Shown here piece by piece: positions 10,592-20,992 of a stretch of DNA of 62,045 bases (position 1 is the stretch's first letter; every line of letters starts with the position of its first letter). This DNA comes from Chloroflexota bacterium (lineage in GTDB: Bacteria > Chloroflexota > Dehalococcoidia > Lucifugimonadales > JADFKI01). The notes beneath the pieces were generated by a model. The model ran no database searches. It was not told the DNA's origin and saw only the letters and a list, made by a program, of their open reading frames with translations. Position numbers and translations under genes: made by a program. The DNA is taken from positions 1-62,045 of the forward strand of contig JAQBUT010000023.1 in NCBI GenBank assembly GCA_027623195.1. Reading direction: 5' to 3'.

Positions 10592-11185
10592 ATGCGATCG
10601 CTCATTAGGGAACTGATAGAGACTGTAATCCTGGCCCTGCTTATTTTCCTGGCGCTGCAATTCAGCGTTCAGAACTTCAGGGTCGAGGGCTCCAGCATGC
10701 AGCCTACCTTGGAGGAGGGGCAATACCTCCTGGTAAATAAGATCGTGTATTTCCACCTTGGACCCAGCGATCTGCGAGGCATTTCTCCCTTCGGCTCGGG
10801 GGAACCGGACGAAAGTGTTTTCCCTGTCAGAAATCCCAAAAGGGGAGACGTGATTATCTTCCATTATCCCAGAGACGTTTCTCGTGACTTCGTGAAGCGG
10901 GTGATAGGTCTTCCAGGGGATTCAGTGGAGATTCATCAGGGTCAGGTGTTGGTTAACGGGTTTAATCTGGAAGAGCCGTACATCACCCGCCCTGACAAGA
11001 GTTCCATGTCGCTGTTAAGGGTGGGGCCGGACGCGTTCTTCGTGCTGGGCGATAATCGCAGAGCCAGCAACGACTCGCGGGACTGGGGCACCGTGCCCAC
11101 CGAGAACATCATCGGTAGGGCCTGGGTTAGCTACTGGCCGATTGGTCAGTTCCACTCCCTGCACGCGTTCCATTTGCCGTTTTAG
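10592..11185 (+). CDS. lepB: Signal peptidase I
   Basis: GSSMQPTL (catalytic Ser), FVKRVIGLPGD (catalytic Lys), GDNRRASNDSR. Confidence 0.95.
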   Translation: MRSLIRELIETVILALLIFLALQFSVQNFRVEGSSMQPTLEEGQYLLVNKIVYFHLGPSDLRGISPFGSGEPDESVFPVRNPKRGDVIIFHYPRDVSRDFVKRVIGLPGDSVEIHQGQVLVNGFNLEEPYITRPDKSSMSLLRVGPDAFFVLGDNRRASNDSRDWGTVPTENIIGRAWVSYWPIGQFHSLHAFHLPF

Positions 11186-11299
11186 ATCGCTAAGGCCTGA
11201 TTTCGCTTGTAATGGCCTTCCCCACGCCTTAAAATTGCTCATGCCGTTCCTAGCGTCTATCCGCTAAATTGGAGCCTGCGGCGCGGCAGATTACATCAC

Positions 11300-11376
11300 G
11301 GGCCTGTAGCTCAGCCTGGCAGAGCATCGGACTTTTAATCCGAGTGTCCAGGGTTCGAATCCCTGCGGGCCCACCA
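11300..11376 (+). tRNA. tRNA-Lys(UUU)
   Basis: Acceptor stem GGGCCTG/CGGGCCC, anticodon arm TCGGA-CTTTTAA-TCCGA, T-loop GTTCGAATC, encoded CCA. Confidence 0.97.
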
Positions 11377-11560
11377 TTCATAAGCCGCATAACTACCCAA
11401 GAATTGCTCCATCGTTCACACACATCGCGCCAACCTCAGCCCTAACCACCTCCGTTGACCGGCCTTCGATTGCCGCATAGAATACCGAACGACCTGCAAT
11501 GAAACGTGGCAGACGCTTTACGCAGGGCGATAAGTCGATTTGAACGGAGGCGGCGGAATT

Positions 11561-12334
11561 ATGGATTACGAACATATCCTGGTTGAAAAAACCGATGGCA
11601 TAGGGATACTGACCTTAAACCGGCCGGAAGTCCTTAACGCCATGAATCACAAGCTAACAACAGAATTGCACGATGGTGTAAAGACATTGAACGCAGACGA
11701 TGAAATTGGTTGCATCGTGTTAACAGGGACGGGAAACCGTGCCTTCTCGGCGGGAGGGGACATCCACGAGCAGCGCGTTCATGCCAAAGAGCTTACTGAA
11801 GAGGAGAGGGACCGCAATAGCGACGCGCGCTCTCAACAGCAATACGAGATTTCTGCCTCTCCTAAGCCTATTATCGGGATGATGAATGGCCTTGCTTACG
11901 GAGGAGGGGGCGTATTGGCGTCTTCGCTGGACTTCCGTATAGGCTGCGAGCACGCGAAGTTTCGTTTCCTGGCGGCGGCATACGGGCGAATTAACTCCAC
12001 GTGGACACTGACCAATCAGGTTGGATGGCCCATGGCCAAGGAGTTGCTGTTTTCCGGAAGGGTGGTGGAGGCCGAGGAGGCTTACCGCATCGGTTTATTG
12101 AATCACCTTGTGCCTTGCGACCAGCTTCGTGCGAAGATGTTGGAGATAGCGACCCCTATAGCCAACAATCGCCGTGAGTCCGTAATGGGTATCAAGGAGC
12201 TGCTTCTCCAGCATAAGGGCGCAGACATGCACCAGATGTGGGAGAACGAAAGAGCGTTCACTACTGCGAAGGTTAAAGGCTTCGGGGTTGAGGAGGCCTT
12301 TCCTGAATTTCTTTCACGGAAAGGCCGCGACTAG
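11561..12334 (+). CDS. Enoyl-CoA hydratase/isomerase (crotonase) family protein
   Basis: LTLNRPEVLNA, AFSAGGDI, NGLAYGGG, AEEAYRIGLLNH; GGAGG RBS before MDYEHIL. Confidence 0.9.
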   Translation: MDYEHILVEKTDGIGILTLNRPEVLNAMNHKLTTELHDGVKTLNADDEIGCIVLTGTGNRAFSAGGDIHEQRVHAKELTEEERDRNSDARSQQQYEISASPKPIIGMMNGLAYGGGGVLASSLDFRIGCEHAKFRFLAAAYGRINSTWTLTNQVGWPMAKELLFSGRVVEAEEAYRIGLLNHLVPCDQLRAKMLEIATPIANNRRESVMGIKELLLQHKGADMHQMWENERAFTTAKVKGFGVEEAFPEFLSRKGRD

Positions 12335-12416
12335 GCCACCGAAGTGTTTAAGAACCCGCCAGATTATTCCTGATAATACTGGCTCCTAATCAGCTAAAAA
12401 CTTTGAGGTGTATTGC

Positions 12417-13637
12417 ATGGTAAGTGGAAAAGGTCCCCTGGACGGCGTCAGGGTTCTCGATCTGGGGCGGCATCAGGCCGGTCCCCGATGCGCTCAGGTA
12501 TTGGCGCGTATGGGCGCCGAGGTAATTAAAATCGAGCGCCTTGGTGGCGAAGAGACGCGCTACCATTCTCCTTTTGTCGGCAAGCAGAGCGCCTACTGGG
12601 TGCAATACAACAGCGGCAAGAAGAGCCTGAGTATCGATATGCGTAAGGAAGAGGGCAAGGAGGCGTTGCGTGAGCTTGTAAAGATCTCCGACGTCCTTTT
12701 GCAGAATTTCCGCCCTGGCACTATAGAAATGATGGGATTTGGCTACGACGTATTGAAGGAGCTCAACCGTCGTATCATCATGGTCAACGTGTCCGCCTAC
12801 GGACAGTTTGGCCCCTATCGAGAAAAGATTGGTTACGATCCTATTGGCCAGACCATGTCGGGTATCGCGATGATTACGGGCGAAGAGGGCATGCCCCCGA
12901 TTCGGGCCGGGGTGCCAATAATCGACCGTACTACGGCATTGCACGCTGCCCTGGGCACCATGGCTGCACTCTACGAGCGGGTGGAGTCCGGCGAAGGCCA
13001 GAGCATGGATGTGTGTCTGGCGGATACTGGCTATAGCTACACGGAGATTCCGATTTCGGCATACCACGGCACTGGTAAATCGCCATCAAGGGGCAAAGGG
13101 CCGGAGGGCGCTCCCGGTGGCATCTACCCTTGCAAAGACGGTGGCTGGGTCTTGATTACGGCGGGAGACCAGCACCAGTGGCACAGGGTTTGTAATGCCT
13201 TGAACAAACCTGAGTGGGTGGAGGACCCTCGATTCTCGTCTAGGTCAGAGCGCACCAAGCGCAAGAATATCGTCAATGGCGAGATGGAAAATCTGCTTTC
13301 GACCATGACCATGAATGAAGCTATAGACCATTTCACAAAGCATGATATTACGGCAGCGCCCGTAAACACCATTGCAGAAGCGGCCGAAGATTCTCATCCA
13401 TGGGAACGCCGAGCTATGGTTGACGTGCCGGACTTTCTGGCCGGAACCATGGCCGTATCGGGCGATTTCTGGCATTTCAGTCGAACTCCGGCAGTTATAG
13501 GCTCGACTCCCCGAGTAGGGGAACATAACGAAGAAGTGTTGGGCGGTTTACTGGGTTATTCGGACGCAAAAATTGCAGAGCTTTACGAAAATAAGGTTAT
13601 CGCTAATTTCGACCACTACGATGAGGTTGCCGGTTAG
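12417..13637 (+). CDS. CaiB/BaiF family III CoA-transferase
   Basis: GPLDGVRVLDL, GAEVIKIE, NSGKKS, QNFRPG, GYD catalytic Asp; GAGG RBS. Confidence 0.9.
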   Translation: MVSGKGPLDGVRVLDLGRHQAGPRCAQVLARMGAEVIKIERLGGEETRYHSPFVGKQSAYWVQYNSGKKSLSIDMRKEEGKEALRELVKISDVLLQNFRPGTIEMMGFGYDVLKELNRRIIMVNVSAYGQFGPYREKIGYDPIGQTMSGIAMITGEEGMPPIRAGVPIIDRTTALHAALGTMAALYERVESGEGQSMDVCLADTGYSYTEIPISAYHGTGKSPSRGKGPEGAPGGIYPCKDGGWVLITAGDQHQWHRVCNALNKPEWVEDPRFSSRSERTKRKNIVNGEMENLLSTMTMNEAIDHFTKHDITAAPVNTIAEAAEDSHPWERRAMVDVPDFLAGTMAVSGDFWHFSRTPAVIGSTPRVGEHNEEVLGGLLGYSDAKIAELYENKVIANFDHYDEVAG

Positions 13638-13656
13638 GTATGCGTGCCAGGATAAG

Positions 13657-13875
13657 TTAACCGCTCAACCAAAAAACGTCCTCAAGTGGCAACTTGAACA
13701 CTTCGGTAATTCGAAGGACCAGGGCGACCGAGGGATTGTACTCACCCTTTTCGATGGCAATGACCGTTTGGCGGCTGACGTTTACGCTGTCCGCAAGGTC
13801 GGACTGTCTCAAGAATCGTGCCTGGCGTAATTCCCGCATCCGGTTGTCTAGACTTTCCTCTATATTCTTTGCCAT
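13657..13875 (-). CDS. XRE/HTH_3 transcriptional regulator
   Basis: NRMRELR..QSDLADSVNVSRQTVIAIEKGEYNPS..EDVF matches the small Cro/C1-type family. Confidence 0.92.
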   Translation of the reverse strand: MAKNIEESLDNRMRELRQARFLRQSDLADSVNVSRQTVIAIEKGEYNPSVALVLRITEVFKLPLEDVFWLSG

Positions 13876-13934
13876 GCGCGGTCCCTATATCCCGTGAGCT
13901 GTTCGATAGAGCGTAAATTTATGGCGTGCCTTGA

Positions 13935-14424
13935 CTACCGAGCGGAAAACAGTACAAACCCGATGCCTACCAAAACGAAGAAGCTGACCAACGCTCCCAC
14001 CATCCCCCAAACTCTCCACAAGAACACACTCGTTTTAAAAAGGGTAGCCAGAATGACGAACGCCGGCAATAAAATGAGGTACATCCACAGGTCCCCCCGA
14101 CAGGTATGTGAACAGGGTACAGAGTAGAAAGAGCCCTACATTTACGATCCGATACTGGTGGTAGAGCAGAGTGCGAGTACGCTCATTCAGGGCAGCGCCA
14201 TTCGTGATATGGCTACGTTGCCATCGAAGGTAGGCAAATGAAAGGCCCACGGCGATGAGGTTGAAAAGAACGAGCAGTTGTCCCCGAGCAATTACGTCGT
14301 AGAAGCCATAGATGAGCATTGCAAAAGCGAGGGCATAATATGCCCTATGGGCTGCTAGTTCCTGAATTTGAATGGTCCGCTCGTCAGGGCTAAGCCCTAG
14401 GATATTTTTCCAGCTAGAATTCAT
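13935..14424 (-). pseudogene. Membrane protein (DUF2178-like DER motif), frameshifted at a G6 run
   Basis: ORF 14424-14035 loses hydrophobicity after the G6 run at 14093-14098. Removing one base continues with DLWMYLILLPAFVIL...VGIGFVLFSAR to TAG at 13935. Confidence 0.65.
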
Positions 14425-14452
14425 GTAGCTTCCTCCAGAGGTAGGTCTGGCG

Positions 14453-14470
14453 TGTAAACTTTACTTTACA
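14453..14470. promoter_or_regulatory. Palindromic operator, probably for the XRE regulator
   Basis: TGTAAA-N6-TTTACA, ~30 nt upstream of the membrane protein/XRE operon. Confidence 0.55.
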
Positions 14471-14587
14471 TATAGTGAAATGTGACGCATATATCGCACG
14501 TTGGCCAATCCTCACGCCCAATAGGGGGGAGGTAGACCGGACTGTGCTATTATCCTCCGCACGAAGATTAAATTAGGAGAGGCCATT

Positions 14588-15607
14588 ATGGCTTATGGAG
14601 GAAATGATTGGCTCGCGCTAACTCCGGAGCCGACCCTGGAACCGGAGATGCCCATTTGCGACCCACATCACCACTTCTGGGATTTTCGGTTTGAGCGCGT
14701 TCCCTACCAGAAGTACCTGCTTCACGAGTTGAACGCGGATATTTACAGTGGCCACAATGTCCGCTCCACGGTCTTTATCGAGGCCAGGTCAATGTACCGA
14801 ATTGATGGGCCTATGGAGCTTCGTTCCGTGGGTGAGGTCGAGTTCGTCCAGGGTTTGGCCGCAGCCAGCGCCAGTGGAATCTATGGCCCCGCCAGGGCGG
14901 CAGCGGCCATCATAGGAAACGCAGACTTGAGTCTGGGCGACAGAGTCGAGCCGGTGCTGGAAGCGTTGCAGGCTGCTAGCCCTAACCGATTCCGTGGAGT
15001 GCGTCGGCCCGCTGGCTGGGACCCCCATCCTGACGTGGAGAATCGGGCGGCACAACCAGGGCTACTGGCCAGCGCCGATTTTATCGCCGGGGCGCGGGTG
15101 TTGGCTCGTAAGGGGATGTTGTTGGAAACTACGTTGTATTTCCACCAGCTTCCCGAACTTGTGGATTTCGCCAACGCGATTCCTGAACTGACCATCGTTT
15201 TGAATCACATTGGCGGCTTGTATCGCATTGGGCCATACGCAAATCGTGACGACGAGGTCATCCCAGAGTGGCGAGCGGGCGTCGCCGCCGTTGCCAAGTG
15301 TCCGAATATTGTTCTAAAGCTAGGGGGAGTGGGACAGCCTCGCTACGGCTTCGACTGGTACACCTGGGAGAAACCCATAAGCTCGGAGGAGCTGGCCGAA
15401 GGCCTTTCCCCGCTGATGAACTACTGCATAGAGCAGTTTGGCCCGGATCGGTGTATGTTCGAGAGTAACTTTCCGCCGGATAAGGTCTCGAGTTCGTACA
15501 ACGTGCTGTTCAACGCCTTCAAGCGTCTGTCCAAAGACTACTCGGCTTCCGAACGCGCTGCGCTTTTCCACGACACGGCCACTCGGGTCTATCGCATAGA
15601 TTCATAG
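14588..15607 (+). CDS. Amidohydrolase_2 family protein (lactonase-like)
   Basis: CDPHHHFW metal motif, VLNHIGG, FGPDRCMFESNFPPDK; AGGAG RBS. Confidence 0.88.
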   Translation: MAYGGNDWLALTPEPTLEPEMPICDPHHHFWDFRFERVPYQKYLLHELNADIYSGHNVRSTVFIEARSMYRIDGPMELRSVGEVEFVQGLAAASASGIYGPARAAAAIIGNADLSLGDRVEPVLEALQAASPNRFRGVRRPAGWDPHPDVENRAAQPGLLASADFIAGARVLARKGMLLETTLYFHQLPELVDFANAIPELTIVLNHIGGLYRIGPYANRDDEVIPEWRAGVAAVAKCPNIVLKLGGVGQPRYGFDWYTWEKPISSEELAEGLSPLMNYCIEQFGPDRCMFESNFPPDKVSSSYNVLFNAFKRLSKDYSASERAALFHDTATRVYRIDS

Positions 15608-15697
15608 CTCGGTGGAAAGACAGTCGCACCTAACGCTATTGGCCATTTCTATTGGCCGCAACAATTCTGAATAAGACCACACCAGGAGAGAATCGAA

Positions 15698-16009
15698 ATG
15701 ACCACCTCAAGAGAAATTATGCAAGAGATTGCCCCGAAGCTGGCGGAACTCACCAACGACGTGGTGTTCGGAGACATTTGGGAGAGGCCGGAGCTATCCA
15801 AACGCGACCGTAGCCTGATGGTCGTGGCGGTGTTGACGGCGTTATACCGTACCGACCAGCTACGCGGGCATATAGGACGGGCCCTGGATAACGGCGTAAC
15901 CAAAGACGAGATCGCCGAAATCTTTACGCATATGGCGTTTTACGCAGGTTGGCCCACGGCGGCCAACGCAGTCAGGGTGGCCAAAGAGGTCTACGACGAA
16001 CGAGGATAG
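15698..16009 (+). CDS. Carboxymuconolactone decarboxylase family protein
   Basis: FGDIWERPELSKRDRSL, HIGRALDNG, HMAFYAGWP. Confidence 0.9.
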   Translation: MTTSREIMQEIAPKLAELTNDVVFGDIWERPELSKRDRSLMVVAVLTALYRTDQLRGHIGRALDNGVTKDEIAEIFTHMAFYAGWPTAANAVRVAKEVYDERG

Positions 16010-16117
16010 GCTGCTCGGTCCGCAATGAGTGATAGGCCGTATACTCCAAACCAACTGCCGGTAGCGAGTGTGGTACGCAAATCGCGCTCTGCACAAATTT
16101 GCGGGCGTACGGCCTGG

Positions 16118-17161
16118 CTAAGAGGCTCGTTCGTATATTTGTATCCTGTGGCGATTGCCCTCGGTCACGAATAGCCTGCCCGCGTTATCGAGCTTGACCG
16201 ACATGGGGGCCCAAAATAGCTTTTCGACGTGGGCCGACTGTGTGTGCGGGTCATCGGCGTCCAAGAGGTCTGTACTGGGTTCCAGGTCTGATTTGGCCCT
16301 GGCCTCGCCCTCTTCCCGATTAACTTCAAGATAGAGAGCGGCCCATTTCGAGAGGGTGGCCTCTCCTCTGAGGTTCTGGAGCAAGCCACCGTCGGCATCG
16401 AGTACTTTCACCCTCTCGTTGCCCCAGTCAGCGACGTACATGTAGCCCCGCTCGTCGACTGCCACGCTGGACGGGCGTTGAAGCTTTTCGTCTCCCAGGC
16501 CTGAGGCGCCGTATGCCGCGATGAAGTCGCCGCCCGCTGTGAATTTCTGGATGCGATCGTTCCCCCAGTCCGCCACGTACACTTCGCCGTCAGGGGAAAC
16601 TGTGGTTCCCCAGGGGAGCTCGAACTGTCCCTGGCCGGAGCCGTTCGAGCCAAACGCCATAATGAATTCGCCCGTGCTGGTGAACTTCTGTATACGGTGG
16701 TTATGCGTATCCGTGATGTAAACGTTGTTGTCGGCATCGAAGGCGATTCCCGAGGGTCCGTTTAGTTCGCCTTTTTCGCTGCCGTGGACGCCCCACTTGG
16801 ATACGAAATTGCCGTCGTAGTCGAAGGCCGTGACCTTGTGGGTTACATCATCCGTAACGAAGATGTGGCCGGTGTTGTCTTCTGCTGCGCACATAGGCGA
16901 TACCAGCTGGCCGTCGCCTCGGCCGAAGTACCCGAATGTACCGTAGAATTCGCTTTCCACGTCGAGAACGGTGACTCGGACCGCCCGTTCGCCAGTGTCC
17001 CTGGAGCGGTTCGTGACGTAGAGCCGACCGTCCCTGGCGATTACGGTGTCAGTTGGGTATTCGAATCCTCTGCCCTCCATGGCGACGATGCCGAGGGTAT
17101 TGTTATATTCGAGAACCTTCTTGTGCGTCTGCGCTGCGCTGGAAACCATCCTAGACCTCAA
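16118..17161 (-). CDS. NHL-repeat beta-propeller protein
   Basis: Repeated G-x-G-Q/E-L-x-x-P-x-G..VYVADWGN.RIQKF units; no signal peptide. Confidence 0.88.
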   Translation of the reverse strand: MRSRMVSSAAQTHKKVLEYNNTLGIVAMEGRGFEYPTDTVIARDGRLYVTNRSRDTGERAVRVTVLDVESEFYGTFGYFGRGDGQLVSPMCAAEDNTGHIFVTDDVTHKVTAFDYDGNFVSKWGVHGSEKGELNGPSGIAFDADNNVYITDTHNHRIQKFTSTGEFIMAFGSNGSGQGQFELPWGTTVSPDGEVYVADWGNDRIQKFTAGGDFIAAYGASGLGDEKLQRPSSVAVDERGYMYVADWGNERVKVLDADGGLLQNLRGEATLSKWAALYLEVNREEGEARAKSDLEPSTDLLDADDPHTQSAHVEKLFWAPMSVKLDNAGRLFVTEGNRHRIQIYERAS

Positions 17162-17181
17162 CCGTCCGATAAATCAGCTTT

Positions 17182-18588
17182 CTAGGCACGCTGGAACTCC
17201 TTGGTGGCCGCGGTCATCCTAAGCACATGCGCAACGTCCTGCTCGGAGCGCCCGCCCTGTTTGGCGAACCGGGTCAGCACATCGTGGGTCTCGTCTGAGA
17301 CCGAGATCGCGCCCATCTGCTCCAGGCATAGGTCAACCAATTGGTCCGGAGTCATGTCATCTCCGCCACCGGCAAAGACCTTATCGACTATGGCCTTGAC
17401 CCCCGGCTTGTTCGCGTCCCCGAACTGCTCGGAGGCAAAGTTAATTCGTTCAATCAGCGTGCCCGTGTCCACCCACTCGGTGCCCTGGTGCCAGCCTTCC
17501 ACGCTGGGAGGATTGTTGAGTTCCTGTCCCATCCAGGTAATCTGCGAGTACCTCGAAACCATCTCACGACGCGGCCTGTCGAACTCCCCGGTCAGGCGAA
17601 GCACCCCGACGACGAACTCTGCCGGCCCCTTAACCTTTTCGTAGCGGATGCCTTCCGATTTGAAGAAGTCGGAATTAAACAGCACTCGCAGCATGGACGT
17701 GATGTCGTAATTGCTTTCAGAGTACGCCTTGACCAGAGTATCGATGGCGTCGGGATCTCTCGGAGGCGTGTAGGGCCACGCTGGCACGGGGGGCTCGTCG
17801 GCCACGAAGAAGTGGTACATATGCCGGGCGATGAATCGAGCAGTGGACTCCTGCTTGCAAATGATGTCTATGATGTCCTCGCCGTTGAAATTGCCCTTCT
17901 GGCCGAGGAACGTCTTTTCGCCTTCGTCGTGATCTTCCGGGCGGTACTCGAAATGGTATGAGATACGGCCATAGGGCCAGTCCGAGTCCCTCTGAGAACG
18001 CACCATCATGTATTCGGTGTTTCCGATAGTCCAGCCGGTGAAGGCACGAGAGCACTCTTTGATGTCCTCTTCTGAGTAGCTGCCAACGCCCATGGAAAAG
18101 AGCTCTAACAACTCCCTTCCCCAGTTCTCGTTGATGGCCCCGTTGTGATTGTCCTGGTTGTCCAGCCACACGATCATCGCGGGATTCTTGGAAAGCTCCA
18201 GCAACAGCTTGTCGAAGCTGCCCATTCCGTTGCGCCGGAACATGTTGACCTGATCGTAAAGGACCCTGCCGTTAATTACTTTCGGGACGCCTGTGGCGAA
18301 TATCCCATGCCAGAAGAGGGTTAGTTTTTCCTGCAAAGGGGCGGAGGTGGTTATCATGCGATAGAGCCAACTTCTGGCCCCTCCACGATGATTTATCATC
18401 CCAGAAGCTTCATGATCGAAGCGCCTGACCATGAAGTCTCCCATCCAGGTAGGGTCGCCTGGACTCAGCAACTTTTCCACGGTGGCCTCGTAGCCCTGCG
18501 CGACGTACTCGTCGATCTCGTCGCGGGTAGCGCCAAACCCCGCCCGACGCATCAGGTGCGCCATCAAATCAATATCTTGTTTGCCCAT
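17182..18588 (-). CDS. DUF1800 family protein
   Basis: HLMRRAGFGA, LQEKLTLFWHGIFAT, NENWGRELLELFSMG, RAFTGW, PPSVEGW. Start placed at MGKQDID with AGGAG RBS. Confidence 0.9.
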   Translation of the reverse strand: MGKQDIDLMAHLMRRAGFGATRDEIDEYVAQGYEATVEKLLSPGDPTWMGDFMVRRFDHEASGMINHRGGARSWLYRMITTSAPLQEKLTLFWHGIFATGVPKVINGRVLYDQVNMFRRNGMGSFDKLLLELSKNPAMIVWLDNQDNHNGAINENWGRELLELFSMGVGSYSEEDIKECSRAFTGWTIGNTEYMMVRSQRDSDWPYGRISYHFEYRPEDHDEGEKTFLGQKGNFNGEDIIDIICKQESTARFIARHMYHFFVADEPPVPAWPYTPPRDPDAIDTLVKAYSESNYDITSMLRVLFNSDFFKSEGIRYEKVKGPAEFVVGVLRLTGEFDRPRREMVSRYSQITWMGQELNNPPSVEGWHQGTEWVDTGTLIERINFASEQFGDANKPGVKAIVDKVFAGGGDDMTPDQLVDLCLEQMGAISVSDETHDVLTRFAKQGGRSEQDVAHVLRMTAATKEFQRA

Positions 18589-18685
18589 CAAGTCTCCTCT
18601 GCAATGTCCTCTTGCCCGATGACTTAACCACATATTATGAATGGGGTTACGACCCGTCAAGTTCTCCGAAGTCTAGGGACGCATA

Positions 18686-19423
18686 TTAACGGAACAGCGG
18701 GTTGGTGCCGCCAAATGCGTCTATGGCCGTGCCTGTGACGGCTGAGCCTCTAGCCGAGACCAGGAAGGCCGCAACATTGGCGATCTCCTCCCCCAGCATC
18801 ATAGTTGGGTCATCTGCCGCCTTATCTCCAAATGCTTCCCTGTAGCCTTCCGTGGCCACTCCTCCAGGGCAGATGCAGTTGACGTCGATGCCGTGAGTCT
18901 TGACCTCGGCTGCGACGCTTTCCGTCAGACTTATTAGCCCGGCTTTGGCGGCTCGATAGGCGCTGCGGCCCTTTCCGCCTTTCCTTCCGCCGATGCTGGA
19001 TATGTTTACAATTTTGCCGCACCGGTTCTCAATCATCGTGGGTAGTATCGCTCTCGTGAGAATGGCGGCCGCCGTCAGGTTGACTGCGATAACTTCCTTC
19101 CACATATCGACCTCGAATTCCACAAGGTCCAGCATGGGGTGAATTATCGCAGCATTGTTTACCAGAATGTCGATTCGCCCGAATTCGTTTTTCGCGTTGG
19201 CGGCAATACGATTTATGTCCTGTTCGTTGGACAAGTCCGCCGTAACGGCCAGCCCCCGTGTGCCCAGGCCAACTAACTCTGCCACGAGCGTGTTGAGCGC
19301 CTCTGTATTGCGGGCGGTGCATACCACGTCTGCGCCCAACTCTCCGAATTTCAGCGCGATGGCTCGGCCTATGCCTCTGCTCGCTCCGGTGACGATTGCC
19401 GTTCTACCGTCCAGTTCCCCCAT
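18686..19423 (-). CDS. SDR family oxidoreductase
   Basis: TGASRGIG, LVNNA, YRAAK (YxxxK), ICPG. Confidence 0.93.
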   Translation of the reverse strand: MGELDGRTAIVTGASRGIGRAIALKFGELGADVVCTARNTEALNTLVAELVGLGTRGLAVTADLSNEQDINRIAANAKNEFGRIDILVNNAAIIHPMLDLVEFEVDMWKEVIAVNLTAAAILTRAILPTMIENRCGKIVNISSIGGRKGGKGRSAYRAAKAGLISLTESVAAEVKTHGIDVNCICPGGVATEGYREAFGDKAADDPTMMLGEEIANVAAFLVSARGSAVTGTAIDAFGGTNPLFR

Positions 19424-19727
19424 AAAATTCCAGGCTCCTTAACGCAGTCTGCCCAGAATTATACGATAACCATTGCCTGACGATATAGGCGGGTGTGGGA
19501 CGTGCGCCTTCGCGCACGTGGGTTCTTGCAGGGGCGCTGTCAGAGGGCGAGAGAGGTTGGACTGTGGGTAAACGGCCGGCCGAGACTTCCTGGCGAATGG
19601 ATTTGCTTGCCCCGGCGTCCTTTAACCATTATAGGCAGGATATAAATGGAGACGGGCAATGATCTTGAAAACATCACCCGTTCGTCTGCGCACGGCCTGG
19701 TTGGCCGGGAAAGGCGTCGCGCAGGTT

Positions 19728-20753
19728 CTATACTTTTGCCGATTCCATGATGCCTTTCGAGGACCCAGGCTCGATCAATTCCAGGTCTGTAATAACCATA
19801 TCTCTCACCATATCCTCAAAGGAGGTCTGCGATTTCCATCCAAGTACTCGCTCGGCCTTGGATGCATCGCCCATTAGATGATTTACGTCGGATGGTCTGA
19901 AGAAGTCCGGATTTATCACAACGTATTTCTCAGAATCCAGACCTACCAGAGAAAAGGTTAGTTTGGCGAAATCACGCACTGAGTGCGCCTCACCAGTCGC
20001 GACCACGTAGTCATCTGGTTTGTCCTGCTGCACCATCAGCCACATCGCCCGGACGTACTCTTTGGCATGGCCCCAGTCACGTACGGTGTCCAGGTTCCCC
20101 AGGGGTAGCTCGTCACAAAGGCCCAATTTAATCCTGGCGGCATAGGATGTGATCTTCCGTGTTACGAACTCCTTGCCTCTTCGTGGTGACTCGTGATTGT
20201 AGAGGATACCGCAGGAGGCATGAATGTCGTAGGCCTCCCTATAATTTTGGGTCAGGTGGAATCCAGTTACCTTGGATATTCCGTAAGAAGAGCGCGGGTG
20301 GAATGGCGTGTCTTCGGATTGAGGAGGCTTGGTGACTCCTCCGAACATCTCACTGGAGCCGGCGAAGTAGAAGCGGCAATCCGGTTTAAGCTGCTTCAAT
20401 GCGCCCAGGACGTGGTGCGTCCCTGTAACGTTTGTCAGCATCGTGGAGAACTCGTCGTCGAAGGAATAGCTTACGAAGCTCTGCGCGCCCAGGTGGTAGC
20501 ACTCGTCCGGCATTACATTGCTGAATATCTGGTGAATGCTTGCGTAACTCTCCAGGGATCCGCTATGAAGGTGCAACTGGTCTTTTATGTGGCGGATGCG
20601 CCATAAACGGTGCTCAGGATTTTCCAAGGCCACGTGCCTCACCATCCCATGGACCTCGTACCCTTTGGACAGGAGGAACTCTGCTAGATATGAGCCATCC
20701 TGGCCTGTAATCCCGGTGATAAGTGCCCGTTTCATTGAATCCATCCTCTCCAA
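19728..20753 (-). CDS. gmd: GDP-mannose 4,6-dehydratase
   Basis: ALITGITGQDGSYLAEFLL, AQSFVSYSF, YGISK, NHESPRRG.EFVTRKI, RDWGHA. Confidence 0.93.
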   Translation of the reverse strand: MERMDSMKRALITGITGQDGSYLAEFLLSKGYEVHGMVRHVALENPEHRLWRIRHIKDQLHLHSGSLESYASIHQIFSNVMPDECYHLGAQSFVSYSFDDEFSTMLTNVTGTHHVLGALKQLKPDCRFYFAGSSEMFGGVTKPPQSEDTPFHPRSSYGISKVTGFHLTQNYREAYDIHASCGILYNHESPRRGKEFVTRKITSYAARIKLGLCDELPLGNLDTVRDWGHAKEYVRAMWLMVQQDKPDDYVVATGEAHSVRDFAKLTFSLVGLDSEKYVVINPDFFRPSDVNHLMGDASKAERVLGWKSQTSFEDMVRDMVITDLELIEPGSSKGIMESAKV

Positions 20754-20992
20754 TTAATCATAACCCGGTGACTGCGGGCCGTATAAAATATATTCCGGTA
20801 CTTTATGGGTTCCCCCGCCGGGTTTTCTTCAAACGCCCATGCAGCCAGAACCAACACGACGTTCAAAAATAAGTCCAATGGTAGCCCGCCATTCTCAATT
20901 TGAGAAGCTAATCAGGGTGCTATTTCTTTTGTGATGGACGAAATATTTGGCTGTGCGTACGTGCCGAAGAGGAAGGGTGTACTTTGGCAAAT

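Noticed and set aside
16010..16117. Structured ncRNA between convergent genes
   Set aside because: Only a short imperfect inverted repeat (AGGCCGTA/TACGGCCT); not enough to call an RNA.
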